This document shows positions 18,895 to 27,769 of a stretch of 64,000 nt of DNA, piece by piece; the stretch's first letter is position 1, and each line of letters opens with the position of its first letter. The position numbers were made by a program, and so were the translations under genes. The notes under the pieces were generated by a model. The model worked only from the letters and a program-made list of their open reading frames with translations, did no database searches and was not told the origin of the DNA. Source of the DNA: an uncultured Aquiluna sp. (GTDB taxonomy: Bacteria > Actinomycetota > Actinomycetes > Actinomycetales > Microbacteriaceae); contig CAYMAU010000002.1 of the NCBI GenBank assembly GCA_964388525.1, positions 17,034 through 81,033 on the forward strand, in the 5' to 3' direction.

Positions 18895-19355
18895 GCGGTA
18901 GCGGAGCACCAAACCTAAAGGTTTTAGCAGTCGGCAAAAACGTCGTCATTGTTGCAACCTCTTGGCACCCTGAGATTGTGAATGGCCTTATTGCCGGCGC
19001 CCAAAAGGAACTTGAACAATCTGGTGCCGTCAATGTTGAGCTAATAATGGTTCCAGGAGCGTTTGAGCTTCCGCTCGCTGCAAAATGGGCCTTCGACCAA
19101 GGCGCGGATCTTGTTATTGCGCTGGGAGTTGTGATTCAAGGCGGGACCCCACACTTCGATTACATTTGCTCTTCTGCAACTGAAGGTCTGACTCGAGTTC
19201 AATTAGATTGCAATAAACCCATCGGGTTTGGCCTTCTCACCGTAAACAATGAGCAAGAGGCTCTTGATCGCGCCGGACTCGAAGGCTCTAAAGAGAACAA
19301 AGGCGCTGAGGCGGTCCAGGCCGCGCTTGCAATGGCGGCTCTGCTAGACACCTAG
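18891..19355 (+). CDS. ribH: 6,7-dimethyl-8-ribityllumazine synthase
   Basis: 154 aa. VPGAFELP motif and TPHFDY segment. GTG start overlapping the ribBA stop by 4 nt. Confidence 0.93.
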   Translation: MSGSGAPNLKVLAVGKNVVIVATSWHPEIVNGLIAGAQKELEQSGAVNVELIMVPGAFELPLAAKWAFDQGADLVIALGVVIQGGTPHFDYICSSATEGLTRVQLDCNKPIGFGLLTVNNEQEALDRAGLEGSKENKGAEAVQAALAMAALLDT

Positions 19356-19438
19356 AGGTACGCATAGGCGCATTAAGGGACTTAGCCCCATTATTGAACC
19401 TGACGTCGTTAGACTGAAATCAATAAAAGGAGCACCCC

Positions 19439-19816
19439 ATGGGTTTAGCAATTGAGATCACTCGCGACACATTATTGATTCTGCACTTCATTGGCCTAGC
19501 GTCACTGCTGGGTGGGTTTCTCACCCAAGTGAAAGCCCTGGCTCAATCAGCCGCCAGAATTGCGCCGGCAATGGTTCATGGAGCCTGGACAATGGTGGCT
19601 ACTGGGCTGTTGCTTGTGACCCTTGCCGAGTGGCGAGTGGCCATGGGCGCCGATTTTGAAATCAACCACACCAAGGTTGGAATCAAGCTTGTCGTGGTGC
19701 TGGTTATCTTGGTTCTTGTTCTTCTAAACCGAAAAAAGGTTCAGGTCTCCTCAGCCATAGTTGGCTCCATAGGAGCCCTTAGCATTTTGAACATAATCTT
19801 GGCCGTTGTCCTCTAG
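19439..19816 (+). CDS. Small integral membrane protein of unknown function (positional equivalent of the membrane protein that follows ribH in mycobacteria)
   Basis: 125 aa with about 4 hydrophobic helices. AAAGGAG SD 6 nt upstream of the ATG. Function unknown. The Rv1417-like synteny is recalled from memory. Confidence 0.6.
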   Translation: MGLAIEITRDTLLILHFIGLASLLGGFLTQVKALAQSAARIAPAMVHGAWTMVATGLLLVTLAEWRVAMGADFEINHTKVGIKLVVVLVILVLVLLNRKKVQVSSAIVGSIGALSILNIILAVVL

Positions 19817-19853
19817 AGAAACACTTGGACACTGGCGCTTGTATCTTTAGTAA

Positions 19854-20699
19854 ATGACTAAAAAGCTTGGTAACCGCAGGGTTAGCGGAACCGAGCAGTA
19901 TTACACCCCTAAGGCCCTCGCCAACCAGCTCGTTGAGCTAACCCTTAAGACAATCCCAAATGCCGCCGAAAAGGCTTTCCTGGAGCCGGCAGGGGGCACG
20001 GGAAGTTTCATTGATGCCCTTAGGCAATCCGGCATAACCTCAATTACCTCCGTCGATAAGTACCCCAAACATCCCAGTGTTTCTCAAGCCGATTTCCTTG
20101 AGTGGCAGACCAGTGACACTGGACTCATCACGATCTCCAATCCCCCATTCGGAAGAAATAACGCACTCTCCGTGCCATTTTTTAATCACGCTGCCGAGTT
20201 CTCAAGCCACATTGCATTTTTGGTCCCCCGATCTTGGCGCAAGTGGTCGGTCCAAAACCGACTAGACCTAAGATTTCATCTGGTCCACGATGTCGACATT
20301 GCGGTTCAGTACGAAGATGTTTTGGGTGAAAAAATTGCGAAGCGCAACGATCTACGCACCTGCTTCCAAATTTGGGAAAAACGCGTCGAATTGCGCCAGG
20401 CGGTCTCTGTCCCAGATAACGGCTTCCTCGAAAAAACAAGCCCAGAACAGGCGGACCTGGCAATCCGAGTTTTTGGCTACGGATGCGGAACCGTCATCGA
20501 TGACTTTCCGCGCAGGCCAAACACAACAATGATGTTCCTGAGAGTTTTAGATAAAACCATCAAACCAACTCTCAAGGACTTAGATTATGAGAGGTTTTCA
20601 ATAAACACTGCCTACACTAGGGCCCTGTCATTTCAAGAGATCAACTTTCTGATCAATGAGCGGGTATTTGGGGATGGCTTCCATAAAAAGTTAGGTTGA
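19854..20699 (+). CDS. Orphan SAM-dependent N6-adenine methyltransferase (gamma-class, TaqI-like motif order), probably a DNA MTase
   Basis: 281 aa. Motif X-like QYYTP, motif I FLEPAGGTGSF, motif IV ISNPPFG in the order X-I-IV, and a C-terminal ~150 aa candidate target-recognition domain. Spot GC counts are 37-47% here versus 52-58% in neighbours. Confidence 0.7.
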   Translation: MTKKLGNRRVSGTEQYYTPKALANQLVELTLKTIPNAAEKAFLEPAGGTGSFIDALRQSGITSITSVDKYPKHPSVSQADFLEWQTSDTGLITISNPPFGRNNALSVPFFNHAAEFSSHIAFLVPRSWRKWSVQNRLDLRFHLVHDVDIAVQYEDVLGEKIAKRNDLRTCFQIWEKRVELRQAVSVPDNGFLEKTSPEQADLAIRVFGYGCGTVIDDFPRRPNTTMMFLRVLDKTIKPTLKDLDYERFSINTAYTRALSFQEINFLINERVFGDGFHKKLG

Positions 20700-20706
20700 A
20701 CAAAGC

Positions 20707-22494
20707 GTGAGCGAGTATTACCAAGATCCAACCCAAAACCCGAAGAGCCGCGACTACCGTGGGCCACGGGCCAAACTAACCGACCTTTTGCCATACCTAA
20801 AAGACCACCGGCCCACCCTAATTCTTGCCTTAGTCCTCTCGGTGTTGGGGTCAGCCCTCGCCCTCGGCCAGCCATTACTAATAGGCCAGCTCATAACCGC
20901 AGTACAGGAGAGTCTCGATACCACCCTTCTTGCCGCGGTGATTGTGGTTTTGGTCATCACCTCTGCACTCGTGAACGCCTTTCAGTACTACCTGCTCTAT
21001 AAAACAGGCGAGGGTGTAGTGCTTTCCACCAGAAAAGCTTTGGTTGCCAGAATGCTTCGTCTCCCGATCTGGCAGTACGACCGCAGACGTATCGGAGACC
21101 TCGTGTCCCGAGTCGGCTCTGACTCAACTCTTTTGAAGGCAGTGCTTACTCAAGGGTTGGTTGACGCGCTCGGAGGACTGCTCCAGTTTGCTGGCGCAAT
21201 CATCGTGATGGCCTTTATTGACCCGCTGCTTCTTGGAACAACGCTGCTTGTTGTCTTCGCTGCAGTTGGAGCGATTGCGCTTACCGGTAGGCGAATCCGC
21301 TCTGCAACGACCAAGGCGCAGATGCGAGTTGGTGAGATGAGCGCTGCAGTTGAACGAGCGCTAAGTGCGATCCGAACCATAAAAGCTTCCCGGGCCGAGG
21401 CTCGCGAAACTGAGGAAATCCATAAGGACGCTGAGGCCGCATACGACCAGGGCCTCAGCATCGCAAGACTTTCAGCCATCGTCTCCCCTATTGCACAGGT
21501 TGCCTTCAACTCAGCGTTCATAATTGTGCTGGGGCTAGGTGGCCTGAGGGTTGCAACTGGCGCAACAACCATCGCCTCACTAGTTACCTTTGTAATCCTG
21601 CTGTTTTTCATGATCGGTCCACTTATCTCGGCCTTTGGAGCCTACACATCAGTGATGGGTGCCTTGGGTGCGCTGGCCCGAATCAAGGAGATCATGGATC
21701 TTGATGAAGAAGAGCCTGGTGGCGACAAGCTACCCAGAAAAGGCACCAACAAAACCGCCATTGAATTCAAGGAAGTTGAGTTCCACTACGCGACCGAGGA
21801 AGGCGAAGAGCCTCAGCCGATATTGAAAAAGCTGAATCTGAAAATTGCTCGCGGTTCAAGAGTTGCGCTGGTGGGGCCATCCGGTGCTGGCAAATCTACG
21901 GTTTTCTCACTGATCGAGCGGTTCTACGAGCCAACAAGTGGACAAATTCTGCTCGACGGTCAGCCGGTAACTGAATTTTCAAGAGACTCACTTCGGCAGC
22001 AACTTGGCTATGTTGAGCAGGACGCTCCAGTGTTAGCTGGATCGCTAAAGGACAACTTGTTGCTGGGCAAAGCTGACGCAACTGATGACGAGTTAGAAAG
22101 CGTGCTGAAGCAGGTGAACCTCGCAGAGGTCCTGAAGCGCGACACCAAAGGCCTGGCAGCCGAAGTCGGTGAAGATGGCATCATGCTCTCGGGTGGTGAG
22201 CGACAGCGCTTGGCTATTGCCAGAGCGTTGCTGGCCTCTCCCGAAATCCTTCTGCTAGATGAGTCAACCAGTGCTCTGGACGGCCCGAATGAGCAGCGCA
22301 TGCGCGAGGCCATTGACGCCGTAGCGCATGACCGCACGCTCTTGATAATTGCTCACAGGCTTTCCACCGTGGTGGATTCAGACCAGATTATTGTTCTGGA
22401 ACATGGAGAAATTGTTGGGGTTGGAACCCATTCCGAGCTCGTGAAGTCCACCCCTCTCTACACGGACCTAGCAAAGCACCAACTGCTGGTTTAG
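20707..22494 (+). CDS. ABC transporter, fused permease/ATP-binding protein (exporter, MsbA/MDR type)
   Basis: 595 aa. N-terminal 6-TM domain, Walker A GPSGAGKST, signature LSGGERQRLAIARA, Walker B LLLDE. GTG start 7 nt after the MTase stop. Confidence 0.88.
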   Translation: MSEYYQDPTQNPKSRDYRGPRAKLTDLLPYLKDHRPTLILALVLSVLGSALALGQPLLIGQLITAVQESLDTTLLAAVIVVLVITSALVNAFQYYLLYKTGEGVVLSTRKALVARMLRLPIWQYDRRRIGDLVSRVGSDSTLLKAVLTQGLVDALGGLLQFAGAIIVMAFIDPLLLGTTLLVVFAAVGAIALTGRRIRSATTKAQMRVGEMSAAVERALSAIRTIKASRAEARETEEIHKDAEAAYDQGLSIARLSAIVSPIAQVAFNSAFIIVLGLGGLRVATGATTIASLVTFVILLFFMIGPLISAFGAYTSVMGALGALARIKEIMDLDEEEPGGDKLPRKGTNKTAIEFKEVEFHYATEEGEEPQPILKKLNLKIARGSRVALVGPSGAGKSTVFSLIERFYEPTSGQILLDGQPVTEFSRDSLRQQLGYVEQDAPVLAGSLKDNLLLGKADATDDELESVLKQVNLAEVLKRDTKGLAAEVGEDGIMLSGGERQRLAIARALLASPEILLLDESTSALDGPNEQRMREAIDAVAHDRTLLIIAHRLSTVVDSDQIIVLEHGEIVGVGTHSELVKSTPLYTDLAKHQLLV

Positions 22495-22510
22495 CAATAG
22501 AGTATGGGGC

Positions 22511-23815
22511 ATGACCGCTCATAATCAGATAACTGCCGAACAAGTCTCACTTCTTGACACCAACGATCCATTGGCACACTTTCGCGACGAGTTTGTGATT
22601 TCGGACTCTGAGGTTTGCTACCTAGATGGCAACTCATTGGGCAGGCTGCCAAAGCGCACAATCGAAGAAGTAAATAAGTTTTTGACCAATGAGTGGGGGC
22701 CGGAGTTAGTAGACGGTTGGTCACACTGGATAGACCAGGCTCAGCCCGCAGGAGACCTTCTGGCCCGCGCTGTGCTCGGGGCAGGCGAAGGTCAAACCCT
22801 GGTGTGTGATACCACCAGCGTTAATTTCTACCAACTTTGCGTCGCTGCAATAAAGGCCAGGCCGGGGCGCAAGACAGTCATTATCGATTCATCCAACTTC
22901 CCCACCGACAGATACATTCTTGCTGGCATCGCCGAATCAATGGGGCTCAATCTTGTAACGCTTGATACCGACGGCTCCGGTGGGCCTGGTGCCGTAGAAA
23001 TCGAGTCCGAGTTTGAAAGGGTAACTGCCTCCGAGCTTGCTAAACACCTGAACGACGACGTCGCGATGGTGACACTTCAGGCAATCAACTATCGATCCGG
23101 AGCAAGGCAGGACCTCAAAGCAATCACCGATTTAGTCCGCCAACACGGAGGGCTTGTGGTCTGGGATTGCTCTCACGCCGCTGGTTCTATCCAGCTAGAT
23201 TTTGAGAAAAATGGCGTTGACCTAGCGGTTGGGTGCACCTACAAATATGGCAATTCTGGACCCGGATCACCGGCTTGGCTTTTTGTCTCAAAATCGATTC
23301 AAACAGAGCTTCGGGTTCCAATTCAGGGCTGGTTCGCGCAAGAAATGCAGTTTGAAATGGGGCCGGATTTTGAGCCTGCAGACACCATACGGCGCTACCA
23401 GATTGCCAGCCCCTCAATCATCGGCATCAGAGCAGTTGAGGTTGCCTACGAGATGATCGAACGTGCCGGTATCGCACTTATTGAACAGAAGGCTGCCAGA
23501 GGCACGGAGCTGATGATGGATTTGTTCAAGCAATGGCTGGAGCCACTTGGATTTGAGGTTGCCTCCCCTTCTCAGGCTGCACTAAGGGGTGGCCACATAA
23601 TCTTGACTCACCCAGATGCAAGGCAAATCGCATACGCGATGCGGAAGATTTCGAAGGTAATACCCGATTATCGAGAACCCAACGCGATTCGGGTGGCCAT
23701 TTCCCCCCTCGCAACAAGCTATACGGAGGTATTCGAGGGGTTTTCGCGATTGCGAGACTTGGTCGAAAGCGGAAATTACATGAGCATCGAGCAAGATGCT
23801 AACCGCGTCACCTAA
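22511..23815 (+). CDS. kynU: Kynureninase
   Basis: 434 aa. YLDGNSLGRLP, DTTSVNFYQL and the PLP-Lys context CTYKYGNSGPG align with remembered Pseudomonas KynU segments. Confidence 0.88.
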   Translation: MTAHNQITAEQVSLLDTNDPLAHFRDEFVISDSEVCYLDGNSLGRLPKRTIEEVNKFLTNEWGPELVDGWSHWIDQAQPAGDLLARAVLGAGEGQTLVCDTTSVNFYQLCVAAIKARPGRKTVIIDSSNFPTDRYILAGIAESMGLNLVTLDTDGSGGPGAVEIESEFERVTASELAKHLNDDVAMVTLQAINYRSGARQDLKAITDLVRQHGGLVVWDCSHAAGSIQLDFEKNGVDLAVGCTYKYGNSGPGSPAWLFVSKSIQTELRVPIQGWFAQEMQFEMGPDFEPADTIRRYQIASPSIIGIRAVEVAYEMIERAGIALIEQKAARGTELMMDLFKQWLEPLGFEVASPSQAALRGGHIILTHPDARQIAYAMRKISKVIPDYREPNAIRVAISPLATSYTEVFEGFSRLRDLVESGNYMSIEQDANRVT

Positions 23816-23895
23816 GACTCAGGCCTTCTCTTAGACGCAAACTAAATAGCCAGAAAAGCTGGCATTGAACACTCGGACAGAGCGAATGGATAACA

Positions 23896-24720
23896 GTGGA
23901 ACAGAATAAGCACGTCACCTACATTTCTTACCTCAAAATTGATGAACTGCTCTCGCTGCAACAGCCGCTGAGCGACGGCCCAGAGCACGATGAATTGCTT
24001 TTCATAACCATCCACCAGGTCTATGAACTCTGGTTCAAGCAGGTCCTTCACGAAGTTGCCGCGCTGCAGGTCACTCTAGAAGCCGGCAACTCTCACCGAT
24101 CCATGGCGCTGTTGGGTCGAATCCGAGCCATTATGAAGACTTGCGTCTCTCAACTGGACATCCTGGAAACAATGACGCCGCTGCAGTTCAATTCATTTCG
24201 AGAGCGCTTGAGTTCAGCAAGCGGATTTCAGTCCGCCCAGTTCCGCGAGCTAGAGGCCGTGCTGGGAAGACGGGATCAGGCTGGGGCAAAAGCCGATGCC
24301 AAATCGGGCATGGGCATGGCTGAGCACCTGATTGCCGGCTCCCCCGCTCGAGCAAGAGTAGAAGCTGCAATGACAAGAATGTCGTTGTGGGATTCGGCGC
24401 TGCATTATTTCAACTCACGGAAAGCCATACCCGAAGAGTTGCTATCTAGAGACGTCACCGAGGCCTGGGAGCCTCACGATGGCCTCCAGGATGTTCTTAT
24501 TGAACTTCACCGCAATGACCCGGAAGCGTCCATGATTGGTGAGGCTCTGGTCGATTTGGATGAGGGACTGCAGGAGTGGCGTTATCGTCACGTCAAGATG
24601 GTTGAGCGCACTATCGGGCACAAAATCGGATCCGGAGGCTCCTCGGGAGCAGGCTATTTGGCAAGCACTCTTTTCAACCCGGTGTTCCCGGATCTGTGGG
24701 CTATCAGGTCGCGTTTCTAG
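23896..24720 (+). CDS. kynA: Tryptophan 2,3-dioxygenase
   Basis: 274 aa. [18 protein letters not shown]...[23 protein letters not shown] matches the bacterial TDO N-terminal helix pattern. C-terminal GGSSGAGYL motif. GTG start. Confidence 0.88.
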   Translation: MEQNKHVTYISYLKIDELLSLQQPLSDGPEHDELLFITIHQVYELWFKQVLHEVAALQVTLEAGNSHRSMALLGRIRAIMKTCVSQLDILETMTPLQFNSFRERLSSASGFQSAQFRELEAVLGRRDQAGAKADAKSGMGMAEHLIAGSPARARVEAAMTRMSLWDSALHYFNSRKAIPEELLSRDVTEAWEPHDGLQDVLIELHRNDPEASMIGEALVDLDEGLQEWRYRHVKMVERTIGHKIGSGGSSGAGYLASTLFNPVFPDLWAIRSRF

Positions 24721-25568
24721 CGGGCAGCCAGGACAACGTTTCTAACGAGCATTGCGCGGGTCATCGGACCCACACCGCCCGGATTCGGGGACATATAACC
24801 GGCAACCTTCGAAACCTTAGGGTCGACATCACCTAAAAGCTTTCCGTCAACTCTGGTTATTCCAACATCCAACACCGCAGCACCGGGCTTTATCCATTCG
24901 GGTCTTATGAAGTGAGGGCTTCCTAAAGCCGCCACCACAATATCAGAACGCGAAATAACTTCCTCGATGTGCCTAGATGCGCTGTGGAGCAAAGTTGGTG
25001 TCGCATCAATGCCCTTGCGAGTAAGCATTAGCCCCAGCGGTCTGCCCACCGTCAGGCCTCTACCGATGATTGCAACCTCTGCCCCTCGAAGGCTAACTTC
25101 GTAGCGCTCTAGAAGTTCGATGATCCCGCTTGGAGTGCAGGGCAGTGGACTACCGATTTGACCCCCGGTGTTCATAACCAACCGGCCAAGATTCACCGGG
25201 TGTAGTCCATCGGCATCTTTATCAGGATCGATTAGCTCCAGCATTTCGTTGGCATCGATTCCACCCGGAAGCGGCAACTGAACTATAAACCCGGTCACTT
25301 CACTAGCTTGATTGAGGTCCTTTATTGCAGCCAGGACATCAACTCTAGAGGCAGTTGCTGGAAGGTCGATTCGAATTGATTCGATTCCAATCTCAGCACA
25401 ATCCCTGTGTTTACCGGAAACATAAGAAAGTGATCCCGGGTCGTCGCCAACCAAGATAGTTCCAAGCCCAACGGCTATGTCCCTGGCCTTCAGACCAACA
25501 ACCTGAGCTGCAAGCTCTGTCTTTATGGCCTTGGCTGTTGCTAAGCCATCAAGTATTAGAGCGGTCAA
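24717..25568 (-). CDS. folD: Bifunctional methylenetetrahydrofolate dehydrogenase / methenyltetrahydrofolate cyclohydrolase
   Basis: 283 aa. [28 protein letters not shown] and PGGVGPMT motifs. Confidence 0.93.
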   Translation of the reverse strand: MTALILDGLATAKAIKTELAAQVVGLKARDIAVGLGTILVGDDPGSLSYVSGKHRDCAEIGIESIRIDLPATASRVDVLAAIKDLNQASEVTGFIVQLPLPGGIDANEMLELIDPDKDADGLHPVNLGRLVMNTGGQIGSPLPCTPSGIIELLERYEVSLRGAEVAIIGRGLTVGRPLGLMLTRKGIDATPTLLHSASRHIEEVISRSDIVVAALGSPHFIRPEWIKPGAAVLDVGITRVDGKLLGDVDPKVSKVAGYMSPNPGGVGPMTRAMLVRNVVLAAR

Positions 25569-25572
25569 CCAG

Positions 25573-26853
25573 CTACCTAGTTTCTAGTCCGTCATAAAGG
25601 GGGAAAGCTTCGGTCAAAACTCGAACTCTGGCTTTCAGGGCGGGAAGATTAGCACCTGGAATAAGAGCGTTAGCAATGATGTCAGCAACCTCTACGAACT
25701 CTTCATCGCCAAAGCCTCTAGTTGCTAGGGCCGCTGTTCCAATGCGAACTCCGGAGGTCACCATTGGCGGCCTAGGGTCGTTAGGAACTGAGTTCTTGTT
25801 AACCGTCACACCGGCCTCGTGAAGCAAATTCTCGGCCATTTGACCGTCTACCTCAGAATTTCTAAGGTCAACAAGCACCAAGTGAACATCAGTGCCGCCT
25901 GTCAATACTGAAACTCCAGCTCCAGTGACATCGGCTTGGTTAAGCCTGTCCGCAATAATTCGCGCACCCGAAATCGTGCGTTCTTGACGCTCTCGAAACT
26001 CCGGCTGCATAGCCGCCTTAAAGGCAACGGCCTTGCCGGCAATGACGTGCATCAACGGTCCGCCCTGCTGTCCAGGGAAAACAGCGGAGTCAATCTTCTT
26101 TGCCCACTCTTGCTTACAAAGAATCAGACCGGAGCGAGGGCCGCCAAGGGTCTTGTGAACGGTAGTAGAAATCACATCGGCGTAGGGAACTGGGCTTGGG
26201 TGAACTCCGGCAGCTACAAGGCCTGCAAAGTGAGCCATGTCCACCCACAACTTGGCGCCAACCTCATCGGCGATTGCCCTGAATTCAGCAAAATCTAGGT
26301 GCCTTGAGTATGCGGACCATCCCGCAATCAGAACCGCTGGCTTTACCTCGATTGCGCGCTGACGAACGGTCTCCATGTCAATCAGATGCGTCTCTGGATC
26401 TAGTTCGTACGAGTGCCCCTCATACATACGCCCCGAGAAGTTCAGCTTCATGCCGTGAGTCAAGTGACCGCCGTGGGCAAGGCTCAGACCCAAAATACGA
26501 TCTCCCGGACTTGCCAGTGCCATGAGTACTGCCGCATTTGCTGAGGCTCCGGAGTGCGGCTGAACGTTTGCGTGTTCCGCGCCAAACAATTCCTTTGCAC
26601 GCTCTCTTGCAAGATCTTCCGCGATGTCTACCGCTTCACAACCGCCGTAGTAACGTTTGCCCGGGTAACCCTCAGCGTACTTATTGGTGAGGACTGATCC
26701 TTGGGTTTCTAAAATTGCAGCGGAGACAAAGTTCTCGCTCGCAATCATTTCCAAGGTGTGGCGTTGACGATCAAGCTCCTGCTGTAAAACCGCAGCAATT
26801 TCCGGATCGGCCTGACTTAGCGGGGCCATAAAGTTCACTGAATGAGTAAGCAT
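25573..26853 (-). CDS. glyA: Serine hydroxymethyltransferase
   Basis: 426 aa. [21 protein letters not shown] and [13 protein letters not shown] (PLP-Lys) motifs. An alternative ATG lies at 26829. Confidence 0.95.
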   Translation of the reverse strand: MLTHSVNFMAPLSQADPEIAAVLQQELDRQRHTLEMIASENFVSAAILETQGSVLTNKYAEGYPGKRYYGGCEAVDIAEDLARERAKELFGAEHANVQPHSGASANAAVLMALASPGDRILGLSLAHGGHLTHGMKLNFSGRMYEGHSYELDPETHLIDMETVRQRAIEVKPAVLIAGWSAYSRHLDFAEFRAIADEVGAKLWVDMAHFAGLVAAGVHPSPVPYADVISTTVHKTLGGPRSGLILCKQEWAKKIDSAVFPGQQGGPLMHVIAGKAVAFKAAMQPEFRERQERTISGARIIADRLNQADVTGAGVSVLTGGTDVHLVLVDLRNSEVDGQMAENLLHEAGVTVNKNSVPNDPRPPMVTSGVRIGTAALATRGFGDEEFVEVADIIANALIPGANLPALKARVRVLTEAFPLYDGLETR

Positions 26854-26911
26854 GCCTCAACTTTATCAGAGTTATTTCGGTCGGAATGGTAGGCGCCAAT
26901 AGTATTGAGGA

Positions 26912-27769
26912 ATGCAATCTGCCAAAGAACATTGGGTTCTGACTTTTATATGCCCGGACCGACCCGGCATAGTCCACGCAATCTCCGGAGCCGTAGTGGC
27001 AGCCGTTGGAAACATTACCGAGAGTCAACAGTTCACCTCACAAGACACTGGCCGATTTTTTATGAGACTGCAGATTGAAGCGGACATAACCAAGGCAGAC
27101 TTCGAGAAGCAATTTGAGGCCATCGCCGAGACTTTTCAGATGCAGTACGTGCTTGACCATGTAGACAGGCCAATGAGCACCGTCGTACTAGTGACCAAAG
27201 CCGATCACTGTCTAAATGACCTTCTCTATCGTCAGCGCGCTGGGCAAATTGGCATCGAAATCCCTAAAGTGTTTGGAAACACTGACGACCTGAACGAGTT
27301 GGCCAGTTTTTTTGGAATTGATTTTGAATCACTCCCGACTAACAATCTCAGCGATAAGGCCGGCTTTGAAAAGCGTTTGCGTGAAATTATTATCGAACAC
27401 GACATCGAACTTATAGTTCTGGCTCGTTACATGCAGATTCTTTCCGCCGAATTCTGCGCGGAGTTTGCCGGGAAGATAATAAACATCCACCACTCATTTT
27501 TGCCAGGCTTTAAGGGCGCGAACCCATACGCCCAGGCTCACGCTCGAGGTGTGAAGCTAATCGGCGCAACCGCCCACTTTGTTACCGAGGATCTCGATGA
27601 AGGTCCGATTATTGAACAAAATGTGACGCGAGTTGAACACGCATCGACCAAGTCACACCTGGTTCAGATTGGCCAGGACGTGGAGTCCAAGACGCTTACT
27701 CAAGCAGTTCGATGGTTCGCCGAGCATCGAGTACTGTTGGATGGTCAACGCACCATCATCTTCCGATAG
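26912..27769 (+). CDS. purU: Formyltetrahydrofolate deformylase
   Basis: 285 aa. N-terminal ACT domain (CPDRPGIVHAISG) plus a formyltransferase core (NIHHSFLPGFKGANPY, GATAHFVTEDLDEGPII). Confidence 0.92.
   Translation: MQSAKEHWVLTFICPDRPGIVHAISGAVVAAVGNITESQQFTSQDTGRFFMRLQIEADITKADFEKQFEAIAETFQMQYVLDHVDRPMSTVVLVTKADHCLNDLLYRQRAGQIGIEIPKVFGNTDDLNELASFFGIDFESLPTNNLSDKAGFEKRLREIIIEHDIELIVLARYMQILSAEFCAEFAGKIINIHHSFLPGFKGANPYAQAHARGVKLIGATAHFVTEDLDEGPIIEQNVTRVEHASTKSHLVQIGQDVESKTLTQAVRWFAEHRVLLDGQRTIIFR

Noticed and set aside
21150-21611. 153-aa - strand ORF inside the ABC exporter gene
   Set aside because: Antisense shadow of the TMD-coding region with an Ala/Ser/Pro-rich composition.
19356-22510. 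Restriction endonuclease, specificity subunit or other defense partner for the orphan methyltransferase
   Set aside because: The only neighbours are a 125-aa 4-TM protein and a standard MDR-type ABC exporter. No nuclease (PD-(D/E)xK, HNH) or helicase motifs appear in any frame that I could see.
23842-24051. 69-aa - strand ORF overlapping the kynA start
   Set aside because: Antisense to the best-conserved N-terminal helix of TDO, with no supporting signals.
26854-26911. Looked for a ZTP (pfl) or THF riboswitch in front of glyA-folD, purU and purN-purH, where actinobacteria often carry one
   Set aside because: The divergent glyA/purU spacer is only 58 nt. The purN and folD starts abut upstream genes. 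No GGGTCGTGAC...CCGCCTGGGCA-like blocks were seen.
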